Part shown: piece by piece, positions 54,723 through 64,000 of the stretch
How positions within the stretch are numbered: position 1 is the first letter of the stretch
Layout of the letters: each line of letters begins with the position of its first letter
NCBI GenBank assembly: GCA_903825355.1
Contig: CAIKAH010000002.1
Location: 15,359 to 79,358 of the forward strand
DNA: 64,000 bases
From: an uncultured bacterium
GTDB lineage: Bacteria; Babelota; Babeliae; Babelales; RVW-14
Direction: 5' to 3'
Notes under the pieces: generated by a model
What the model was told of the DNA's origin: nothing
The model's input: only the letters and a program-made list of their open reading frames with translations
Databases searched by the model: none
Translations under genes and position numbers: made by a program

Positions 54723-56372
54723 TTATTTCCGTATTTTGTTAGGGTTTGAGGTAGTTGAAGTAGGGCGGTTATCAAGTATGGCTATTAATGATGACTTTTT
54801 AAAAAAGTAACGTGAAGCAAGCATTTCTTCTTCTCTTACAATTTTATCAACAGAAAGTACCGCATAAAAATTATCATCAGTGCGAAGAGTAATATAGCCA
54901 GTCTTGGCGCTTTCTTTTACTGCATTGCGAAAATCAGTTAATGTTTTTACTTTAACGCCATTTACTTGTTCAATAATTTCACCAGGGCTTAAAATACGTG
55001 CCTTAAATGCTTGAGAATTAGGTAAAATATTGGTCACAATCAGCGCTGGTTCATGTTGCTGCTCAATTTTGCCAAATCGTACTAAATCGGGAGCAGCATT
55101 TTTGAGCATTAGCACATGGTTGATGGTGAGAGGCATAATGACCATGCCACCAATTACTTCATAATCAATTGCTTCAGCTTCAAATTCTGGGTAAATCATA
55201 CGGATAGGCGGTAAAAATTTAGGTTCAAATTTGAGGTGAAATTCTTTTCGTTCACCTTTGCGGTAAATAGTAAAAGTAAGAGGGTCGCCTACGTTAAGCC
55301 GGTTCAAGAATTCAAATAATGACGCTTTGTCTTCACTCCATGGGACGTCTAGATCACCATACATATCAATACGGTGTCCATTAATTTCGTATAGCATATC
55401 ATCTTCTTTGATGCCAACGCTTTCAAAGAGGGTGCCTTTAAATACTTTGGCAATATACCAGCCACCATCGCCGGGGTTTTTGAGATACTGTACCATTTCT
55501 GGGGTTGCTGCAGTGAAGAGGCAACCAAGGGTTGGCTTGCGGAGGAGTTTAACGTTAGGTAGATCTTTGAGCGCACTTTTTACTTCATTGATTGGGATAA
55601 TGTATCCAACGTTTTGTGCGCCCGGTACGCCTGCTGAGTTAATTCCTACAACTTCTCCAGCAGTGTTTAGAGCAGGGCCGCCAGAGTTGCCAGGGTTAAG
55701 CGGCGCCGTGATTTGAATAAAGCCAGCATTTCCTAAGCGCTCACGACCACTGACAATACCTAATGTGCTTTTTAGTCGGCTTTGTCCTAGTGGATATCCA
55801 ATTGCTAAGACTTCTTGGGATCGTAAAATATTGTCAGAATCGCCCAAGGCAAGAAAAGGAATTTTAGTTATTTTTGCTTTTATTTTTTCTCTTGCTTCTG
55901 GAGTGACGCGTAATAATGCAATATCACGTTCTGGTGCGACTCCAATAATTTCTACATCAAAACGCTCTAGCCCAAATGACGGAATTTGAATTTCGACACT
56001 ACTTGCTTGTGCAACCACATGGTAGTTTGAAATAATATCTCCATTATCGTTTACAAAAAAACCACTACCAGCACCTTCTCGTTGCTCAGGTGTTTTATAT
56101 GGCTCAAGTAAGTTAAATTCTGAAACGTGTGCAAACACTTGTACAACAGTATCTTTTACTTTTTTTTGAACATCTAGCCAGGTGTTGCGTAGCTCAGTGG
56201 GAGCTATAGGCGTGTGTACAGTAGATTTGAGGTGGTGATTAGTTTTATGAAAAGCATCAAATTGTGCTGCTAAGCGTGATTGATTTTTAATAAGCAGAAG
56301 CCCTGTTCCAAGCGCGCAAATAGAGAATATCAGTGACCCACTGATAAATATTTTCTTAGTCAAGTCATTCAT
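54723..56372 (-). CDS. HtrA/DegP-like serine protease with PDZ domains and N-terminal anchor
   Basis: Triad motifs SNYHVV, RDIALL, PLNPGNSGGP; two PDZ-like regions. Confidence 0.9.
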   Translation of the reverse strand: MNDLTKKIFISGSLIFSICALGTGLLLIKNQSRLAAQFDAFHKTNHHLKSTVHTPIAPTELRNTWLDVQKKVKDTVVQVFAHVSEFNLLEPYKTPEQREGAGSGFFVNDNGDIISNYHVVAQASSVEIQIPSFGLERFDVEIIGVAPERDIALLRVTPEAREKIKAKITKIPFLALGDSDNILRSQEVLAIGYPLGQSRLKSTLGIVSGRERLGNAGFIQITAPLNPGNSGGPALNTAGEVVGINSAGVPGAQNVGYIIPINEVKSALKDLPNVKLLRKPTLGCLFTAATPEMVQYLKNPGDGGWYIAKVFKGTLFESVGIKEDDMLYEINGHRIDMYGDLDVPWSEDKASLFEFLNRLNVGDPLTFTIYRKGERKEFHLKFEPKFLPPIRMIYPEFEAEAIDYEVIGGMVIMPLTINHVLMLKNAAPDLVRFGKIEQQHEPALIVTNILPNSQAFKARILSPGEIIEQVNGVKVKTLTDFRNAVKESAKTGYITLRTDDNFYAVLSVDKIVREEEMLASRYFFKKSSLIAILDNRPTSTTSNPNKIRK

Positions 56373-56417
56373 ACATACATCCTTTTTTAGCGATTATAAA
56401 TTTCAGTGTACCAAAAA

Positions 56418-57185
56418 TTAATTTTTTGGGGTATGAAATTTAACCCAAAAAAAACGTAAAAAGGTATAAGCAAAATAACTAAGAAATCCCCACAATAAAA
56501 CATTGATCAATCCCATGGTAACAATAAACGCAAAAACAATACCAGCAATAATGCTATACGTATTGCCTGAAACCTGCTTGAAAGTAGGGAACGGAATTGT
56601 GCTTACCATTAGCCATGCAAGCAGCAAGGTGGCTATCAGTAAATATAAGCGCATGCTATTACTAAAATAATAATGCTGGCAAGCAATACTAATGGTTGCT
56701 AAGAAACAGCCAGCAATAGTAGTTGTAACCCCACTTGAGTAAATAGTTTGTTGGTTTGCTGTAATATTAAAACGTGCTAACCGCATAATGCCAGCAAGGG
56801 CAAAAGTAGCACATCCCATAAATCCAATTGATTCTATTGCAGAAAGTTGCCAAAAATAAATCAGAATGCTTGGTGCTAAGCAAAATGATACAGCATCGCA
56901 GAGTGAATCAAGCTGTGTTCCTAATTCACTTGTTATTTTCATGTATCGTGCAATGCGACCATCAAGGCCATCCATCAGCGCCCCAAGCAAGATAAAATAA
57001 GAAGCAGCAAGAATATGATCTTGGGCAGCCAATACAATCGCTGTAAATCCAAAAAATCCATTGCCCAAGGTAAAAAGGTTAGGGATAATGCGTAGTCCGC
57101 GTTCTATGCCGCGGCGCTTAAAATGTATACGCAGACGTCTTTTTTGACGAGCAAATGTACCATCAACTTTAGTTACAAATCCCAT
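56418..57185 (-). CDS. pssA: CDP-diacylglycerol--serine O-phosphatidyltransferase
   Basis: IPNLFTLGN; DGLDGRIAR...G.QLDSLCDAVSF CDP-alcohol phosphotransferase motif; RLARFN. Confidence 0.9.
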   Translation of the reverse strand: MGFVTKVDGTFARQKRRLRIHFKRRGIERGLRIIPNLFTLGNGFFGFTAIVLAAQDHILAASYFILLGALMDGLDGRIARYMKITSELGTQLDSLCDAVSFCLAPSILIYFWQLSAIESIGFMGCATFALAGIMRLARFNITANQQTIYSSGVTTTIAGCFLATISIACQHYYFSNSMRLYLLIATLLLAWLMVSTIPFPTFKQVSGNTYSIIAGIVFAFIVTMGLINVLLWGFLSYFAYTFLRFFWVKFHTPKN

Positions 57186-57240
57186 TAAGTAATCCTTAGG
57201 ACAAGCTAATTGCAGCGAAAAAAATAAGTTACAGCTCCAC

Positions 57241-57771
57241 TTATTTTGCTACACTCACTCGTGCATACTTAATCACTTTACCTTTAAGGGTATATCCTGG
57301 CTCAAGTACTTGTACAATGTCTCCATTTTTGTGTTCTGGGCTCTCAACATGCATCAGAGCTTCGTGCAACATGGGGTCAAATGTAGTGGTGTTGCTAATT
57401 TCTTCAACGCCAATTTCAGTAAGCTTTTTTTTGGCATTCTTTAAAATAAGCACAAAGCCATCAAGCCATGCTTCCTGGTTTCCGGTTTGTTTTGCCGCAT
57501 TAATTGCTCGGTCAAGATCATCAATAATAGGCAGCAACCGTTCTACAGCATCTGCTTGTAAGCTTTGGGCAAGGTCCATGCGTTCACGTTCGGTGCGCTT
57601 TTTAAAATTTTGAAAATCAGCATTAGTACGGAGGTAAAGCTCTTTGTAGTTAGGTTCGGCTGTTGCAGTAGGAGCTTCTGACTCTACCAATGTTTGCTGA
57701 GCAGGGTCTTGATTTGCTGGTGGCGGGGTTGTTTCATCAATAATCATACGTATCTTACAAGTTTGTAGCAA
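57241..57771 (-). CDS. grpE: Nucleotide exchange factor GrpE
   Basis: YLRTNADFQNFKKR, LLPIIDDLDRA, FDPMLHEA, PGYTLKGKVIKYARVSV. Confidence 0.95.
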   Translation of the reverse strand: MLQTCKIRMIIDETTPPPANQDPAQQTLVESEAPTATAEPNYKELYLRTNADFQNFKKRTERERMDLAQSLQADAVERLLPIIDDLDRAINAAKQTGNQEAWLDGFVLILKNAKKKLTEIGVEEISNTTTFDPMLHEALMHVESPEHKNGDIVQVLEPGYTLKGKVIKYARVSVAK

Positions 57772-57865
57772 AATGATTGAACTATAAGCACTATTCAGGA
57801 GGTGATTATAGCATAAAAACCTATTTTTTCAAAAAAGCCTCTAGTCCCATCTTTTTGCTTCACGG

Positions 57866-59057
57866 CTATGCCTTCAGTGCGTCATATTCGGCACCGCCAT
57901 AGATGCTAGCATCAACAGGTGGAAGGCCTAAGCGAGCACGGTTTTCTGCTACCATCGCATTTATGTCAGTAATGGCAGCGGCAGGTACTTGTGCTGATGG
58001 TGCAATGCTAAAATCAGTAAGTCCTAAGTTCCTGAGGATTAAGAGCTCAGTGAGAGTAGGATTGTTGCTGAGGTCAAGAGTAGTCAGTTTTGGGATATCT
58101 GTTGCCCAAAGGCGAGTTAGAGAAGGGCAGTTGCTCAAGTCAAGGAAAACAAGGTCTTGGTTGGTTGAGGCACAAAGCTGAATGAGTGTAGGAGAAGTGA
58201 TAGTAAGTCTACAATCTGCGGGAACATTTCTTATTTTTGGCAGCCCATGAGGAAGATTGCACAGCACTAAATCAATGATTAGTTGAGTTAATTCATTAGC
58301 GTTTGGTAGTTGTTGCAGGGTTGTGAAGTCTATAATTTCGTTGCGAAGCCCCAAAAAATCTGTTGTTAAAAAATTTGCAAAGATCGCTTTTACATTTACA
58401 TAAGGATCAAGGTTTTCATCTGTAAGATTATGATTTTGCTGCCACCATACAAAACGGTAAGCCATTTTGGTGAGTTCTTCTCCATCTGTAAGCTCAACAA
58501 AAGCAGCGCGAGCCTCGGCTAGTGTTTTGCCAGTAAGGGCGCGTTTTGCTGCATACAAGGCATCTCTAGTGGGTTGTTGCATAGAAATAATTTAGACGAT
58601 TAATCTGACATTTAAGCTCATCCTTAATTTCTTGATCAGCACCTGCTGCGATAGCGTTTCCTAGCCGCTTGCAGCGGTAAGCAAGGAGTTTTTTTTGACT
58701 GTCAAATGGAGTAGTGATGCGACCAGTTGTTTCTCGTGCGCGGAGCATAGAAGCGATATTTTTGCTGGTAGTAGGGCGAGAGAAAGATGCTGTTGCAGGA
58801 GCACTAATTGACGCTACTTCATCGTTACTTTCATCATCATTAATCGTGGGGACAACAGAAGCCATTTGAGATGCTGCAGCGCTGGAAGAAGCAGCCTCGG
58901 GTTCAACACGAGGTCGTTGCATAGGGCATGCTGGCTGTGCGTCGTAATCAGTATCTGATTCATGTTTTTCTTCTGCACACTCGCGTTTAGCAGCCTGGCA
59001 TAGGGGAGAGAGCGCAAGGCCAGCGGCCAGGGAAAAAAACATTAGTTTTAGTTTCAT
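57866..59057 (-). pseudogene. Secreted LRR paralog split by a +1 frameshift (ORFs 58566..59057 and 57866..58582)
   Basis: One extra base at about 58591-58593 relative to paralog 59842..60795; removing it restores QINRLIISMQQPTRDAL. Confidence 0.8.
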
Positions 59058-59110
59058 AATAATATCGCTTTGTGTTTCTAGGATATTTTTTGGTTATGTT
59101 ATTTGTGCTG

Positions 59111-59821
59111 TTAGCTAATGCAGCAGTGGCAATTAGCAGGAGCTATTTCTCTCACAGCTTCCTCATCTTCTGCGTCATCAGCACCGGCCCCGGCATGTCC
59201 TGCATCATCAACAGAAGTAAGGCCTGGGTTTTGGAAGGCAAAAAGCCTTGTGAGCGCAGGGCAGTTGCTCAGGTTAAGGGAAGTCAATCCTGGTTCGTCA
59301 ATGACAACAAAATCTGTGAGACTATTAGAAGAAATAATAAGATTACAATGTTGGGGTAGATTTGTTATCTCTAACGTCGTTTGACTAGAGTTGCATAGTA
59401 CTAAATCAATCAGCAGCTGAATTAATTCATGCGCATTTTGTAGCATTCGCACATGGTAAAAATTCAATGTGCAGCTATTTCTATAACTTAATACTTTACT
59501 AAATCCTGCACATGTTTCTTGTAAATTTACAGTGGGGTCAAGATTTTTTTCTCTTGGATGTTGGAGCCACCAAGCATAACGGTAGGCCATTTTGGTTAAT
59601 TCGTCTTCATTTGTGAGCTTAATGAAAGCATCTTGTGCATCATTAAGAAGCATTGCTTTAGGTAGCGCAAGAATTGCTCTATTTAAAGTGTTTTTAGTAG
59701 CTAATAAGCGGCTGGAAATGCTTGCAGCACTAGAAGCAGCAGCCGTATGGCACAGCGGGGAGAGAGCAAGGCCAGCGGCGAGGGTAAGAATCGTTAATTG
59801 TAGTTTCATAATAATCGCCAT
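59111..59821 (-). CDS. Secreted LRR paralog, shortened form, C-terminal CCIS
   Basis: Shared leader MKLQL.ILTLAAGLALSPLC; ELTKMAYRYAWW; LTSLNLSNCPALTRL. Confidence 0.85.
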   Translation of the reverse strand: MAIIMKLQLTILTLAAGLALSPLCHTAAASSAASISSRLLATKNTLNRAILALPKAMLLNDAQDAFIKLTNEDELTKMAYRYAWWLQHPREKNLDPTVNLQETCAGFSKVLSYRNSCTLNFYHVRMLQNAHELIQLLIDLVLCNSSQTTLEITNLPQHCNLIISSNSLTDFVVIDEPGLTSLNLSNCPALTRLFAFQNPGLTSVDDAGHAGAGADDAEDEEAVREIAPANCHCCIS

Positions 59822-59841
59822 TTGATTTTCTAGTTCACTTT

Positions 59842-60795
59842 TTATTCATCATCTTCTGCGTCGTCATCAGCACCGGCAGCAGCATGTCCTGCATCAGTAA
59901 GCGGAAGGGCTAAGCGAGCACGGTTTGCTTCTACTATCGCGTTTATATGAGCAATCTCGGCGGTATATATTCTTGTTCTTGGTGCAATCCTAAAATCAGT
60001 AAGAGCTGGGTTGTTGTCGACATTAAGAAAAGTGAGCGCATGATTGTTGCTGAGGTCAAGGGCAGTAAGGCTTTGGTTGTTAAAGGCAGAAAGATAAGTG
60101 AGGGCAGGGCAGTTGCTGAGATCAAGGGTAGTAAGGCCTGGGTTTTGGTTGGCCAAAAGAATAGTGAGGTGGGCAGAAGTAATAGTAATTTGATGAGAAT
60201 CTACTGGTATGCTTGCCAATCTTAGGAGCTTCTGGTCAGCCTTGCATAGGACTAAATCAATGAGCAGCTGAGTTAATTGATTAGCCTCTGATAGCCCATG
60301 AAAGGGAGCGAAGTTGAGTTTGTTCCTCTCGGTAAATTCTGTAAACACTTCGCTTAAATTTACAACAGGATCAAGATTTTCTTCTGCTGGGTTTTGGAGC
60401 CACCAAGCATAACGGTAAGCCATTTTGATCAATTCACCTGCATCTGAAAGCTCCACAAAGATGCCTTTGGCTGCATCGAGCGTTTGTCCAGAGAGAGCGT
60501 CTTGTGCTGCATCCAATGCATCTCTAGTGGGTTGTTGTATAGCAAATATTAGACGATTAATCTGCGCTTTGAGCCCATCAATAAATTTTTGGTCAACACC
60601 TGCTGTTCTTATAGCGTCTCCTAGCTCTTTGCAGTATCTGGCAAGTAGGCTTTGGTTGCTATCAGATGAAGAAGCTGCATATGCATCTTCGGATACATCA
60701 CTTGAAAAGGTTGCAGCGCTAGAAGCAGCAGCCTGGCACAGCGGAGAGAGAGCAAGGCCAGCGGCCAAGCTAAGAATCATTAATTGTAATTTCAT
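59842..60795 (-). CDS. Secreted LRR paralog, intact full architecture
   Basis: Signal peptide; CKELGDAI..QINRL; ELIKMAYRYAWW..ENLDP; 21-aa LRRs; ENRARL.LP tail. Confidence 0.9.
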   Translation of the reverse strand: MKLQLMILSLAAGLALSPLCQAAASSAATFSSDVSEDAYAASSSDSNQSLLARYCKELGDAIRTAGVDQKFIDGLKAQINRLIFAIQQPTRDALDAAQDALSGQTLDAAKGIFVELSDAGELIKMAYRYAWWLQNPAEENLDPVVNLSEVFTEFTERNKLNFAPFHGLSEANQLTQLLIDLVLCKADQKLLRLASIPVDSHQITITSAHLTILLANQNPGLTTLDLSNCPALTYLSAFNNQSLTALDLSNNHALTFLNVDNNPALTDFRIAPRTRIYTAEIAHINAIVEANRARLALPLTDAGHAAAGADDDAEDDE

Positions 60796-60827
60796 AATAA
60801 TCTCGATGTGTGTTGTTAGTTCACTTT

Positions 60828-62066
60828 TTATTCAATATGTTCTGCGGCATCAGCAGTCGGCAGTCCAAGGCGAGCACGGTTTTCGGCAACCATGTCGTTA
60901 ATTAAGGCAATAAGTCCTGCAGATACTTGCGTTGCGCCAATCTTGAAATTAGTAAGCAATGGGTTGTAAAAGGCATAAAGGTATTTGAGGGCAGGATTGT
61001 TGCTCAGGTTAAGTGCAGCAAGCTCTGAGTTGTTGCCGACCCGAAGCTCCCTTAGTCTAGCATTGTTAGTCACATCAAGTGCCATAAGCCCTGGGTTGTC
61101 GTATGCACGAAGGACAGTAAGGGCAGGATTATGGCTTAGGTCAAGAGCAGAAAGCCTTGGGTTTTTGCAAACATTAAGAAAAATGAGAGCAGGGCAGTTG
61201 CTGAGATCAAGGTCAGTAAGGACAGGGTTGCAGGAGGCGAGGAGGTGAGTGAGAGCAGGGCAGTTGCTTAGGTCAAGGGTAGTAAGGCCTGGGCTACTGG
61301 AGGCTTTAAGGTAAGTGAGGCTGCTGGATGTAATTTTAATGTTACTTTCCGGGGGTAAATTAATTAACGTTAATCTTTGTTGTACTGGGTTGCAGAGTAC
61401 TAAGTCAATCAGAAGTTGTGCGAGTTTGTGTGCATTTTCTAATCCATGAAGCGGGGTGAAGTTTATGGTAAAATCATTGAATTCATTGAATTTCTCAAGC
61501 ATGTCTTGCATGTCTATGGCAGGATCAAGATTTTCTGCTCCAGGATTGCGCTGGTACCAGGCAAAGCGGTAGGCCATTTTGGTGAGTTCGTCATCATCTG
61601 GCAGCCTTTCAAAGTCATAACGCGCAGCAGCAACTGTTGTGCCAGCAAGCACAGTATTTGCATCGTTCAAGGCAGTTTTGAATGGTGCTTGTTTACCGTC
61701 GATCAGTACAGCAATCTGCCGTTTGATCTCATCAATAGTTTTTTGATCAGCGTCTGATCTTAAAGCATCACCAAGCTGCTTGCAGCGGTGAGCAAAAAGG
61801 TTTGTTGTGGAACTATAGTGGCAGCGAGCAGGGAGAGTACCGGTTTGGTTTCTGAGAGCTAAGTGCCGAAAGAGATTGTGGGGTGGTTTGAGAAATGTTC
61901 TGAATGCGGCAGAGGCGGTATTGTTACTATAAGCTGCTGCTTGTGTGGTATCTGTTCGTTGGCGCGTAGCTCCTTTGCAGGCCGATGCAATAGCAGGACT
62001 GACTGTTCGGATAAGCTCTAAGTACTTCTGTGTATTTCTAATAGAATATTTCGCCGTGGTATTCTG
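60828..62066 (-). CDS. LRR paralog with the longest LRR tract; start codon unresolved
   Basis: Frame open from 62066 to stop at 60828; first ATG/GTG/TTG only at 61670, but family motif HRCKQLGDAL..EIKRQI lies upstream at about 61700-61800. Confidence 0.7.
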   Translation of the reverse strand, partial: QNTTAKYSIRNTQKYLELIRTVSPAIASACKGATRQRTDTTQAAAYSNNTASAAFRTFLKPPHNLFRHLALRNQTGTLPARCHYSSTTNLFAHRCKQLGDALRSDADQKTIDEIKRQIAVLIDGKQAPFKTALNDANTVLAGTTVAAARYDFERLPDDDELTKMAYRFAWYQRNPGAENLDPAIDMQDMLEKFNEFNDFTINFTPLHGLENAHKLAQLLIDLVLCNPVQQRLTLINLPPESNIKITSSSLTYLKASSSPGLTTLDLSNCPALTHLLASCNPVLTDLDLSNCPALIFLNVCKNPRLSALDLSHNPALTVLRAYDNPGLMALDVTNNARLRELRVGNNSELAALNLSNNPALKYLYAFYNPLLTNFKIGATQVSAGLIALINDMVAENRARLGLPTADAAEHIE

Positions 62067-62212
62067 TCAAATAATGAGCTACAGGCAGTTAGAATGGCCA
62101 AAAAGTGCTTAATTTTTGCCTCCCTTACCCCCCCCCGTTCGTATTTTTTTGGTTGCTGGGGTATATTATTTACAAATATGTATTGTTTGTTGTGATAATA
62201 GTGAGGTGTATT

Positions 62213-63799
62213 ATGTTTAGTAGATTGATACTTTATGGGCTATTTGCCTTTCTTCCTCTAGTCTCGTTGCGTAGTATGGGAGACCCTACTGGTGGCGATG
62301 AAGGTGAAGTTGAACAGCTTACGTGGTATGGCTACTCGACCGCGCATTTTTTGTCAAATTATTGCTGTGGAGAAGTAGCTGGGTATTGTAACCTATCCAA
62401 GACAGATCCAGACTATAAGTTTGCTTATGCTCATGAGGAAAGCTGTTACCCGTGTCAGTATGCGATTACGCCCCAAGCGCTTGAAGAGGCCAAGGCAGGA
62501 TACAAACAAAAAATTGAGGCGATGAGGCGGGAGCAAGAAAGAGATATGCTTAGTCGTGCTCGTGGTAAAGAGTATGCGAAATTAATGGCATCAGTGCAGC
62601 CTCCTGCTGTTGCTGCTAAAGCAAGGCTTGAAAGACTACCCAGGGGCGTTTATGGAGTTGTTGCTAACTATCTGCCGCTAACAGATGTTGTAAGACTTGG
62701 GTGTTCTTCAAAAGAAATGCTGAAAAAGTTGAGGGGCTCGGAACAAGATCTTGAAACTACAGCTGCTGCAAAAAAACTTCTAGCAAGAAGCTTATATGCT
62801 TATGATGTAGCAGCCATAAGCCCTGTTGAATTGGAGCGACGTGGACTTGTAGCTGATGTTCTTGATCGCTTCGGTTTTCATCGTCAGATTTGTAATGAAA
62901 AAGGTCAGTATATCAATTTTATGAATGAAGACCTTTCAGGTTTAACAGCGGCTGCGTTTCAAGAATGGTTGAATGGCTTGAAAAGCTTGTGCGTTAGAGG
63001 CATTAATATATTTGAGTTGACTCCGCGTCTTAGTATTGGTGATATGACAGTTTCTCCTGATGCAATTGTAGATGTTGTTTTGCAATATCGCCCAGCTGGA
63101 GAGGGTATAAATTTCCAAGATATTGTTTCATGGGAAGTAGTATTTAACAGATCTTATGGAATTAGGAATCTGCGTAAATTTTGTACTGATTTTTTGCGTG
63201 TGAGCCCTCATCAACTAGAAGCCTTTTTGGAGGTTTTTTTAGGCAATAAAAAAAATCATTTTTGTGCCAATAGCGGAAAAAGTGCAACGGGTAAAAGCAT
63301 GCTAGCAATGATTGCAAAATCTCGTGACATACCAGCAGATCTTGCAATCAGGTTGATGGCTTTTTTGATACACAAGGGTGCTCAGATCAATGCTGTTGAT
63401 CAATATGGGAATACAGCATTAATGGATGCAATCTCTAGCCGTGATCCAGCGATTGTTACTTGGCTGTTGGAGCAGCCAGGTATTAATGTACATAATGACC
63501 AGGCTGGAAGTCGCAGAGGAATTACTGGTACGGGTGGCGATTCTGCACTTATACTTGCTATGGTCAAGAAAGCACCACTGGCTATTGTTGAAAAGCTACT
63601 GGCGTTAGGTGCTGACGTGCATGCACCAAACCATCATGGACAAAGTGCCTTGACTCTTGCCCAAGGGGGTGCTTATGGATTCCCGCCTGGTTCAAAGCCT
63701 AGAATACAACAAGAGGTCAAGGATGCAGTGTTAGCGTATGCAAATATTCCTGTAGCAGCACCAGCTCCTTCATCAGCTAAAAAACCACGGATAGGTTAA
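62213..63799 (+). CDS. Secreted F-box-like plus ankyrin repeat protein
   Basis: Probable start MFSRLILYG (ORF track 62105); LERLPRGVYGVVANYLPLTDVVRLGCSSK; GNTALMDAI, GQSALTLA. Confidence 0.8.
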   Translation: MFSRLILYGLFAFLPLVSLRSMGDPTGGDEGEVEQLTWYGYSTAHFLSNYCCGEVAGYCNLSKTDPDYKFAYAHEESCYPCQYAITPQALEEAKAGYKQKIEAMRREQERDMLSRARGKEYAKLMASVQPPAVAAKARLERLPRGVYGVVANYLPLTDVVRLGCSSKEMLKKLRGSEQDLETTAAAKKLLARSLYAYDVAAISPVELERRGLVADVLDRFGFHRQICNEKGQYINFMNEDLSGLTAAAFQEWLNGLKSLCVRGINIFELTPRLSIGDMTVSPDAIVDVVLQYRPAGEGINFQDIVSWEVVFNRSYGIRNLRKFCTDFLRVSPHQLEAFLEVFLGNKKNHFCANSGKSATGKSMLAMIAKSRDIPADLAIRLMAFLIHKGAQINAVDQYGNTALMDAISSRDPAIVTWLLEQPGINVHNDQAGSRRGITGTGGDSALILAMVKKAPLAIVEKLLALGADVHAPNHHGQSALTLAQGGAYGFPPGSKPRIQQEVKDAVLAYANIPVAAPAPSSAKKPRIG

Positions 63800-63806
63800 G
63801 TTGAAT

Positions 63807-63848
63807 AATGAAAGAGGGGGAGGCTTGCAAGCCTCCCCCTCTTTCATT
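63807..63848. terminator. 42-bp perfect palindrome between convergent genes, probable bidirectional terminator
   Basis: AATGAAAGAGGGGGAGGCTTGCAAGCCTCCCCCTCTTTCATT. Confidence 0.8.
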
Positions 63849-64000
63849 TATAGTTTTTTTCTAGCTCAATCATCATGAACCAGCCGCAGCGGTGCCATCC
63901 TACAATACAAGCTACCGCATACGCAAACCATTGGAACGGCTTTGCTTTGTAGTACAGGAGATCGTGCTTAGTTGCTGGGGCGGTAAGCTGCTTAATGGTA
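63844..64000 (-). CDS. 3' end of an unidentified gene entering from the window edge
   Basis: Open frame ...KPFQWFAYAVACIVGWHRCGWFMMIELEKNYK-TGA with a hydrophobic segment. Confidence 0.45.
   Translation of the reverse strand, partial: TIKQLTAPATKHDLLYYKAKPFQWFAYAVACIVGWHRCGWFMMIELEKNYK

Overview
Bacterial chromosomal window with no rRNA, tRNA or CRISPR array recognisable. The mix of signal-peptide-bearing ankyrin, LRR, RING, F-box, J-domain and USP proteins, a type II secretion pseudopilin operon and housekeeping genes (gmd, rnhB, glmM, tlyA, pssA, grpE) suggests an intracellular associate of eukaryotes, most resembling Candidatus Dependentiae/Babelota (inference). Main points: (1) 11 full copies of a 50-79 bp structured palindromic element with co-varying stems and a near-invariant TCGACARGCTC loop. 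Two inverted copies bracket a GIY-YIG nuclease gene and one supplies its stop codon; other copies form inverted doublets or sit in-frame inside genes. (2) A 3278-aa predicted secreted protein ending in a J-domain plus a eukaryote-type USP deubiquitinase. (3) RING-ankyrin and F-box-ankyrin proteins that, with the USP, cover writer, adaptor and eraser roles in ubiquitination. (4) A Fic gene bracketed by a 56-bp duplication of the neighbouring gene's 3' end. (5) A tandem LRR paralog array with variable repeat number, a frameshift and a CaaX-like terminus. (6) An XRE/S24 repressor that appears to have lost its autocleavage residues.
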